Shown: in pieces, positions 16,497 through 23,093 of the stretch
Numbering within the stretch: position 1 is the first letter of the stretch
How the letters are laid out: every line of letters begins with the position of its first letter
From: an uncultured archaeon
Lineage (GTDB): Archaea > Asgardarchaeota > Thorarchaeia > Thorarchaeales > Thorarchaeaceae
DNA length: 23,093 nucleotides
Direction of reading: 5' to 3'
NCBI GenBank assembly: GCA_964354495.1
Contig: CAYHAA010000026.1
Span: forward strand, 1 to 23,093
Position numbers and translations under genes: made by a program
Notes under the pieces: generated by a model
Told to the model about the DNA's origin: nothing
Databases searched by the model: none
What the model saw: only the letters and a program-made list of their open reading frames with translations

Positions 16497-17462
16497 ATGG
16501 TGACAAGACAGACCCAAGAACTGGCAGAATCAGCGACACACAAGTCCTCCATTTGGGCTTCAATTGGGCTCATCAGACTTGGAGGAGTCATGCTGTCTAT
16601 TGCAGTGATCTGGAGAATAGTGGATCAGTTTGTATTGAATCTTGGCAGCACTTGGATGAACATTCTCCCCTCAAAGATGTTCCCGTTCCTAATCATTCTT
16701 GGTTTCTTCTGGAAATATCGTCCACGGGAACTTGTATCAGTCCTCGGTCTCTCACGGGATAGAATCCGGGCTCAACTTGCACTCGGGCTTCTAATTGGTG
16801 CAATATTCGCAATAGGCATTGACTTTGGAGGAACCATTGTCTATGCGCTGTTCTTCGATTCGACATACCCCCTTGAACTCCGTATCCTGAACCAAGGACT
16901 ACTTGGGTATACTCTCATCTTCTTCCTAACGAACGCATTGCTTGAAGAGACCCTGTTCAGAGGTCTTCTCCTGAATGCCTTCAAGACTCGCCTTACAGCA
17001 AAGTTGTCAATCATGCTATCGGCCATTGTGTTCGGCATTTGGCATGCAGGCTGGCCCATCATCAACGGCGGCTCTGACGTTCTTGATCAAGTAGCTTCCA
17101 TAGTGTTCTTCACAACCATACTCGGTATAATCTTTGGTGTCTACTATGAACGGTTCAGTTCTGCCCGCTCTCTTGTTGGCCCAATAACCGTTCACACACT
17201 TACCAACTTCTTCAGTGAGAGTTTCAAACTTGGTCCAGAACCGGTAATCCAAGGTCCAGATTTGGCCTTCTCGAATAGTGGACTCATGGCATCAACATTT
17301 CTAATGTTTCTAGTAGTATTCATTCCACTAATCATATTCCTCTGGAAATTCAAGATTGAACAAGTGACAGCCACGTGGCTGAGAGTGATAGGTAAGAATG
17401 ACAGAGTAACAACAGGGTACGATGATGGTCGCTGTAATAATGACAAGAGGAACGAGGAATAG
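16497..17462 (+). CDS. CPBP/Abi (CAAX protease II) family intramembrane metalloprotease
   Basis: LLEETLFRG (EExxxR), FGIWH and HTLTN (HxxxN) motifs, with multiple TM helices. Confidence 0.92.
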   Translation: MVTRQTQELAESATHKSSIWASIGLIRLGGVMLSIAVIWRIVDQFVLNLGSTWMNILPSKMFPFLIILGFFWKYRPRELVSVLGLSRDRIRAQLALGLLIGAIFAIGIDFGGTIVYALFFDSTYPLELRILNQGLLGYTLIFFLTNALLEETLFRGLLLNAFKTRLTAKLSIMLSAIVFGIWHAGWPIINGGSDVLDQVASIVFFTTILGIIFGVYYERFSSARSLVGPITVHTLTNFFSESFKLGPEPVIQGPDLAFSNSGLMASTFLMFLVVFIPLIIFLWKFKIEQVTATWLRVIGKNDRVTTGYDDGRCNNDKRNEE

Positions 17463-17465
17463 AAA

Positions 17466-18152
17466 ATGCAAGCAGGCGCTGATTTGGTACTGATTTCAAG
17501 CATAGCAACAATCCTGATTTCTGCGGTGATCAGTGTATATCTGGGACGGCAATGGTATCGTCAGGAGGCCAGACTCATCACTGACCTACCATTGGTCTTT
17601 GCAATCTCCTTTGTAAGTCAGACTCTCAACATGATGATACTGACTCTTCCAAACGTTGGGCTCCTAGAACCATCTATGGAACTCTTTCGGCTTCGTTCTG
17701 TTGTGATTAGTGGTGCAACTGTACCGATTCTGGGTGCTCTTCTCCAAATATGGGCACCTTCTATTCAAAAATATCACAATCGACTTGTCTATCTCCTTCT
17801 CTTATATTGGGTCTCTGTTGCGCTTTTCGGGACAACAGAACAGTTCGTCATGATCATGACGATTCCTGTGATACTAATCCTCGGTCTCATGATGATGGCG
17901 ACATTTGCCATAACTTGGAAGACAGGTCGTCTCAAAGAGGTACGAAGTGACCTCATGATCATATCTGTCCTCTTCGGCATGATGAGCCAAGTCTTGCGAG
18001 TCCCCTTCATCTCCACGCCATTCTTCTATATCCCTGATGTTCTTCTTACCGTATCAATGGTCGGAACTGCACTAGCCCTTACGAATCCCTGGTACCATAG
18101 AGAGGCGAAGACGCAGATGGCAGAATCGCCCCAGATGACCATGAGCTACTGA
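17466..18152 (+). CDS. Hypothetical integral membrane protein with about 7 TM helices
   Basis: Seven hydrophobic stretches by eye in 228 aa. It starts 3 nt after the CPBP stop. No family recognised. Confidence 0.75.
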   Translation: MQAGADLVLISSIATILISAVISVYLGRQWYRQEARLITDLPLVFAISFVSQTLNMMILTLPNVGLLEPSMELFRLRSVVISGATVPILGALLQIWAPSIQKYHNRLVYLLLLYWVSVALFGTTEQFVMIMTIPVILILGLMMMATFAITWKTGRLKEVRSDLMIISVLFGMMSQVLRVPFISTPFFYIPDVLLTVSMVGTALALTNPWYHREAKTQMAESPQMTMSY

Positions 18153-18279
18153 TTGAGCTGAATGGAAGGTAGCTTCTGCCTGTCCATTAGAGGAGGAATC
18201 GTAACACCTGTTGGGAGAGGCATGAAAGGCTATAGAGAATGGATTATTAGTCTCTCACACGCCAAGTCCGTGGACATAG

Positions 18280-19119
18280 GTGAAACCGTTGACCGAGACC
18301 TCTAGGCACTTTGCACTCGACTACTTACGCGAAGAAACCCTTCCGAGCACCTTTTGCAGTGGGTGTGGCGCAGGGGAAGTGACAAACGCCCTCATCAGAG
18401 CAGTGAAGGATCTTGGTCACGCTGACCTCAGCAAGTTCTCCTTTGTTTCAGGCATTGGCTGCAGTTCTTGGATTACATCACCCTACTTCAAGGCTGACAC
18501 TCTTCATACCACTCATGGCAGAGCTATTGCGTTCGCCACAGGGCTGAAGCTTGCTAACCCGGACTTGAAGGTAATTGTGATCAGCGGTGACGGTGATCTT
18601 GCAGCTATTGGCGGAAATCACCTTATTCATGCAGCAAGACGAAACATCGATATGACCGTCATCTGCGTTAACAACTATATCTACGGCATGACTGGCGGGC
18701 AGGTCGGCCCGACGACCTTCACTGGAGACCGGACTAGCACATCTCCCTATGGGAATCCAGAACGTCCTTTCGATCTCGCTCGTCTGGTTGCTGCAGCGGG
18801 CGCCAACTATGTTGCTCGATGGACGACTGCTCATCCTGTTCAGGCAGCACGTGCGATAAGAACAGCCATTGAGAAGAAAGGGTTCTCCTTTGTCGAGATG
18901 ATATCCCAATGTCCAACAGCGTATGGCCGTCGGACTGGTACCGGTAGCCCTGAAGAGATGATTGCTTGGTTCAAGAAGTATCCCGTGCGCAAGAAGGACG
19001 ACCCAGTGGAGCAGAGAACTCCCACAAGGGATGGACTGGACCTGGGAGTCTTCGCAGACCGCGATGAGATTGAGTTCATCGACTCAATGAGAGCAATCTA
19101 CGCGAATTTGGAGGCATAA
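18280..19119 (+). CDS. korB: 2-oxoacid:ferredoxin oxidoreductase beta subunit
   Basis: FCSGCG, SGIGCS, HTTHGRAIAFATG, TPP motif GDGD...GGNH...NNYIYGMTGGQ and SQCPT. GTG start. Confidence 0.93.
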   Translation: MKPLTETSRHFALDYLREETLPSTFCSGCGAGEVTNALIRAVKDLGHADLSKFSFVSGIGCSSWITSPYFKADTLHTTHGRAIAFATGLKLANPDLKVIVISGDGDLAAIGGNHLIHAARRNIDMTVICVNNYIYGMTGGQVGPTTFTGDRTSTSPYGNPERPFDLARLVAAAGANYVARWTTAHPVQAARAIRTAIEKKGFSFVEMISQCPTAYGRRTGTGSPEEMIAWFKKYPVRKKDDPVEQRTPTRDGLDLGVFADRDEIEFIDSMRAIYANLEA

Positions 19120-19125
19120 GCTCTG

Positions 19126-19650
19126 ATGAGAACGGAGATTCGCATTGCAGGCACTGGCGGAATGGGTGTCGTTCTTGCGGGTGTCATTCTCGGACACGCA
19201 GCAGTTGTCTATGGCGGACTTGATGCAGTCCAGAGTCAGAGCTACGGCCCTGAGGCGCGCGGTACCGCTGCCAAGAGCGAGGTGATAATCAGCGATAAGC
19301 CGATTCAATATCCAAAGGTCCGTCAATCAGACTATTTCGTTGTCATGTCACAAAAGGCATTTGAGATGTACCTAGGCGGTTCGAAGAAGGACAGCGTCAT
19401 CATTGCTGACCCCGACCTTGTAACGACTGAGAGAATCAAAGGCTTTGAGATTGTAGAGGTACCGGCGATGAAGACCGCCGATGAGCTCGGTCTCAGGCTT
19501 GTTTCGAATATGGTGATGCTCGGAGCTCTCGTGAAGAAGGCTGAGCTCTTTCCACTTGATGTTCTGGAAAAGGCACTGCTTGAGTTCGTGCCTTCAAAGG
19601 CGCTAGAGATCAACACCAATGCAGTTCGTGCTGGTTCGAAATTTGTCTAA
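19126..19650 (+). CDS. korC: 2-oxoacid:ferredoxin oxidoreductase gamma subunit
   Basis: EIRIAGTGGMGVVLAG, QSYGPEARG and NMVMLGAL. Confidence 0.93.
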   Translation: MRTEIRIAGTGGMGVVLAGVILGHAAVVYGGLDAVQSQSYGPEARGTAAKSEVIISDKPIQYPKVRQSDYFVVMSQKAFEMYLGGSKKDSVIIADPDLVTTERIKGFEIVEVPAMKTADELGLRLVSNMVMLGALVKKAELFPLDVLEKALLEFVPSKALEINTNAVRAGSKFV

Positions 19651-19925
19651 CCGCCATGGACCAGCGGTACTATCATGATGACATCTCCATCGTCTATCAA
19701 CGAACCGAGCCCTCCAGTCACTCCGATGTCCACCTCATTACAGAGTATCATCGAGTCACGGTCAATCTCAGCAGGACTACTCCATACCGTCTGTAGGTAT
19801 GAATCTTGCTTTATCAAGAAACTCAACAGTTCGGCAACAGTCAGTCTGTTCTGACCATCAATCTCCACAGCGCCACCTGGAATACGTCCTGCTATAGGTC
19901 CTCTGAAACGAACGGTTATTGCCAT
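19647..19925 (-). CDS. Ubiquitin-fold protein, MoaD/ThiS/Urm1/SAMP family
   Basis: 92 aa with a beta-grasp pattern: ILCNEVDI...DDGDVIMIVPLVHGG, ending in a free C-terminal GG. Confidence 0.92.
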   Translation of the reverse strand: MAITVRFRGPIAGRIPGGAVEIDGQNRLTVAELLSFLIKQDSYLQTVWSSPAEIDRDSMILCNEVDIGVTGGLGSLIDDGDVIMIVPLVHGG

Positions 19926-20024
19926 CGGGTTTCATCGCTCTCTCTTGCTGAGAGAATGCTTGATAAAAGGCTTGTTTCATGTTCAAGCGTCACTTGCTAC
20001 ATGGAATGACCTGAGGCAGCGCCC

Positions 20025-21530
20025 ATGGCTCTAGAGAACAAGCCCGACCAGCCAGAGGTATCATCGAGCAGATACGCTCGCATGTTTGGTCTGGAAGGAG
20101 CTACATCCGATGCTGTTCGTCTAGTGAAGATTCTATCTGTTCTACTCCCCGCCCTTGGAGCAAGCTTTCAAATTAGCACCACATTCTGGATGATCTTCAT
20201 CGCAGAGTCACTGGGAAGCGGCGATTACATCGCTGGGCTCACACTTGTCGGAATCCTTGTTGTCATTCAGATGGCAGTTCAGACTGTTCTTGATTACCCC
20301 ACGGGCGTGGTGGGCGATTGGATTGGCCAGAGATACATACTGGCCTCTTCCCTTCTCTGCTATGCCGCAGCATTTTGGCTCTCTGCACAGATTATCAAAG
20401 ACACTCCCGCTCCCTTCTACATCTATGTGGCAATCTATTTCCTCTTCGGACTTGGTGCCTCGCAGGAGAGTGGAGCTTTCAACGCTTGGTTCGATAACAA
20501 CTATCGAGTAGCAATGCCCCATGATAAAGACCGCAAGATGTACGGCGTGTTTTGGGGCCGCATGGGTATGATCTGGCAGACCTCATCGACACTGGTCCTG
20601 ATCCCTGGCTCATGGCTTGCATGGTATTATAGTGAACAGTGGGTCTTCAATCTCCAGGCCATCTTTGCAGTATTTCTGGCAGTAGTTGTGTTCAGACTCA
20701 TCCGAGACTTGCCTGGGGTCAGGAAAGAGCAGGAGAAACGCCCAACGATTAGTGAGTATGGTACCCTACTAAAGGATGGATTCAAGTTTCTGTGGTCCTC
20801 TCGGTTCGTTACATACATTGTCCTAGGCGGGGTGGTGCTATGGAGCACTGGGCCTGTCTGGTGGAACCTGATTCTATTCCCTCTGTACTTCAGTTATCTT
20901 GTCACAATGGTGGCTGTTTCTGCATTCCGTACCTTCATCTTCATCCCCGAAGCCATCCAAAGCGAAAGAAGTGGTGTGCTGGCGAAGAGATTCGAACCAA
21001 AGAAATGGATTCCACGTCTCAGGTTCCTGCAATTCACAGGTGTCATCTTCTATTTGCTTCTGGCGGTGATTGTCTACGTCTTCCCTGGAGCAGACCCGGA
21101 CACAGCAGAACTAGTGCGGATCCTGATTCCCTTCACGAATCTTCCTCTGATTGAGGTTCCTGTCCAGACCATACTCCCTGTCGCTCTCATCTTCATTCTC
21201 TTTCTGGCCCTGAATATGTTTGGTGCAATTGCAGACATTCTTACTCAACGTGTTATGCTGGATGTCGTACCAAACCGAATTCGTAACTCAATGTATTCCT
21301 TACAACCCACTCTGGTCATGGTGATCTCAATGCCTCTCATCGCATTCTTCGGATGGCTCTTGCCCCAATCTGGTGGGTTCACACTGACCCTGGTCCTCTG
21401 TGCGTTCATCTCACTCGTAGGAACGATGATGATACGAGCGGCCTTCAAGAACCCAATCCCAGTCGCTGAAACAGTTGTTGAGGCAGGTAAGAAAGAGAGC
21501 GAGGAAGTTCAAAAGATGGAAGTCACCTAG
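20025..21530 (+). CDS. MFS transporter
   Basis: Motif A-like DYPTGVVGDWIGQR, GASQESGAFNAW, about 12 TM helices and VPNRIRNSMYSL. Confidence 0.9.
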   Translation: MALENKPDQPEVSSSRYARMFGLEGATSDAVRLVKILSVLLPALGASFQISTTFWMIFIAESLGSGDYIAGLTLVGILVVIQMAVQTVLDYPTGVVGDWIGQRYILASSLLCYAAAFWLSAQIIKDTPAPFYIYVAIYFLFGLGASQESGAFNAWFDNNYRVAMPHDKDRKMYGVFWGRMGMIWQTSSTLVLIPGSWLAWYYSEQWVFNLQAIFAVFLAVVVFRLIRDLPGVRKEQEKRPTISEYGTLLKDGFKFLWSSRFVTYIVLGGVVLWSTGPVWWNLILFPLYFSYLVTMVAVSAFRTFIFIPEAIQSERSGVLAKRFEPKKWIPRLRFLQFTGVIFYLLLAVIVYVFPGADPDTAELVRILIPFTNLPLIEVPVQTILPVALIFILFLALNMFGAIADILTQRVMLDVVPNRIRNSMYSLQPTLVMVISMPLIAFFGWLLPQSGGFTLTLVLCAFISLVGTMMIRAAFKNPIPVAETVVEAGKKESEEVQKMEVT

Positions 21531-21540
21531 TATCTCTATC

Positions 21541-22494
21541 TCACATGCCGAGGGAGAGATGAAGAACTTCGGGATTCAGTCCTCCTGCATGATATACCGT
21601 TCCACTCTCAATGTGATTGAACGTTACCTCCGCAGGACCGAAGAGCAACGGGTCCACCCTGTTGATATCAGAGTCGATGCTCTTGAACAGATCATAGAAG
21701 GGTCGACCGTATTGGCTTGATGTGGACGAAGGTAGTTTCTCTACAATTCCCCGCAAATCATCACTATCGGCGTTCACATGGTAGAAGGTTCTCCCACCGT
21801 ACAATATGCAGTCATTACCCAGACCCTTTGCCCTGTTGTCACTCTTTGCCACTGGCGCGATCGGTGCAACACCATGACCTCTCTTGATTCGATTAAGGTC
21901 GAATCCAATCTGGTGAAGTTTGTGAAGTCCGACTCCGACGACTCTTGAAGAGCTCTGAACTGAACCCGCAACACTCGCTGTGGGCACTATGATACAGTAC
22001 AGACTCGATGGTGCAATTCCACATTTTTCAGCGATGTGCTCAATCACTTCCTCTGTGGGCACCTCTCTAGTTTCAAGTACAATCACGCCCTCCTTTGAAA
22101 CATCGTGATAGTCGATGTCCTCATAGAGTTCCTTCTCCTCCCTTGCCAGAGCTCTAGCTGGACCGGAGCCCATTGCATGATACTTGCCCACTCTGATACT
22201 CCATCCAGCGTACTGCGAACCAAGTGTGGCAATCTTCGGCTGCTCTGCGCTGACTATGACTGCAGGCAGATCGAGGTTTCCAACGAACATTCTGGTCAGT
22301 CTGACGACTCCGAGTCCCCCAAGACAGGTCTCTCCGATGAGCCTTCCAAGCTCTGGGGTTCCCGCGCAATCAATCCCTGCATCAATCAGTGTAGTCCCTG
22401 ATTTCATTGCCTTCACGATACAGAGGAGCTCCTCCTTTCTATCAAGAATCTCCTTGACGACCTCGAGTGCTCCCTGATTCACACTATGATGCAT
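21541..22494 (-). CDS. mch: Methenyl-H4MPT cyclohydrolase homolog with a divergent active site
   Basis: ICLGGLG-like ETCLGGLG, ATLGSQYAGW, GSGPARALA, PTASVAGSVQ, NDCILYGG and DPLLFGPA. The conserved RVVE reads RVVG here. Confidence 0.9.
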   Translation of the reverse strand: MHHSVNQGALEVVKEILDRKEELLCIVKAMKSGTTLIDAGIDCAGTPELGRLIGETCLGGLGVVRLTRMFVGNLDLPAVIVSAEQPKIATLGSQYAGWSIRVGKYHAMGSGPARALAREEKELYEDIDYHDVSKEGVIVLETREVPTEEVIEHIAEKCGIAPSSLYCIIVPTASVAGSVQSSSRVVGVGLHKLHQIGFDLNRIKRGHGVAPIAPVAKSDNRAKGLGNDCILYGGRTFYHVNADSDDLRGIVEKLPSSTSSQYGRPFYDLFKSIDSDINRVDPLLFGPAEVTFNHIESGTVYHAGGLNPEVLHLSLGM

Positions 22495-22644
22495 GCCTGA
22501 ACACCTTGGTGGATGCTTCGTTTTTCGAAGAACACATGCACATTCCTTCGTTTGTCACACAGAAATCTATTGTGCACATGCTATGTTCCATACCATACCA
22601 GATTATTAAGTAGAGAGTGTTCGGGATACGTGGATGCTTCATCA

Positions 22645-23093
22645 ATGCAAGAGATCACTCTCTGGGGCGAGACAAAAAAGGGTGGGAAAGTAGTAGAACG
22701 GTTCGACCCCAATACCACATCAATCAATCTCGGCGACAGGCGAATTGGGTCAATTGACCTTGCCCCACTTGACCAGTTTCTGAATCTTGAAGTATTGACA
22801 CTCTCTGGAAACGAGATTCAGAGCCTTGACCTCTCAGTCCTACATGGCAATGACAGTCTGCTGGAACTCAACCTCGGGAGTAATGAACTCGAAGTCATTG
22901 ACCTCTCGCCATTGGAGAACTGTACTGGTCTGATGCATCTGGACCTCTCCTTCAATAAACTCAGAGCTCTTAATCTTGCACCTCTAGGGGGGTGTAGCAG
23001 CTTGCAGGCACTCCATCTCTACGGAAACAAGCTTGAGCGCATAGACCTCTCACCCCTCAAGAAGTGCAGGAAACTGCGGAACCTGACTCTTAC
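22645..23093 (+). CDS. Leucine-rich repeat protein, 3'-truncated at the window edge (not in the ORF track)
   Basis: Open frame from ATG 22645 to the end. 24-aa repeats: LEVLTLSGNEIQSLDLSVLHGNDS, LLELNLGSNELEVIDLSPLENCTG, LMHLDLSFNKLRALNLAPLGGCSS and LQALHLYGNKLERIDLSPLKKCRK. Confidence 0.92.
   Translation, partial: MQEITLWGETKKGGKVVERFDPNTTSINLGDRRIGSIDLAPLDQFLNLEVLTLSGNEIQSLDLSVLHGNDSLLELNLGSNELEVIDLSPLENCTGLMHLDLSFNKLRALNLAPLGGCSSLQALHLYGNKLERIDLSPLKKCRKLRNLTL

Noticed and set aside
17466-18152. Microbial rhodopsin or heliorhodopsin
   Set aside because: There is no Schiff-base lysine in the last helix and no recognisable helix C motif.
18161-18188. Hairpin AATGGA-AGGTAG/CTGCCT-G-TCCATT after the 7TM gene
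   Set aside because: It is plausibly a terminator or stability element, but it lacks a U-tract and has no other support, so it was not called.
18190-18279. GGIVTP-containing frame upstream of korB as a korA C-terminal remnant
   Set aside because: The resemblance covers only about 6 residues, and the rest of the frame does not look like KorA.
204-22477. The many short antisense or alternate-frame ORFs in the track (e.g. 12580-13170, 18478-18909, 7172-7384)
   Set aside because: They overlap well-supported genes or the tRNA and show no recognisable motifs, so they are treated as shadow ORFs.
1-23093. CRISPR array, rRNA, integrase or transposase
   Set aside because: No regularly spaced repeats, rRNA-like sequence or recombinase motifs were seen anywhere in the window.

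Overview
Archaeal chromosomal window, most likely an Asgard archaeon of the Thorarchaeia type. This is inferred from the gene mix, not from a search. The housekeeping backbone is elp3, nitroreductase, thiolase, tRNA-Ser(UGA), archease, a DUF171 SPOUT methyltransferase, rpl3-rpl4-rpl23-rpl2, cdrS-ftsZ, an SmAP3-type Lsm, CPBP protease, a 7TM protein, korB/korC, a Urm1/SAMP-like ubiquitin-fold protein, an MFS transporter, an Mch homolog and a truncated LRR gene. The richest locus is 4463-7332. A tRNA-Ser gene there carries two BHB-type introns (37/38 and 58/59), and the first begins with a duplicate of the anticodon-stem 3' strand, so it can form a decoy fold. The tRNA 3' end is repeated 2.7 kb downstream, bracketing an integrase-less island with an AT-richer surface protein and a decayed CDC48-N/RING-like gene. 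That displaced copy resembles the intron-less T-loop. Other highlights are an orphan glycyl radical enzyme with the HypD active-site residues placed between the SPOUT gene and rpl3, an Mch homolog lacking the catalytic Glu, and a 31-bp palindrome over the Lsm ribosome-binding site. All calls were made by eye, and reference residue numbers are from recall.
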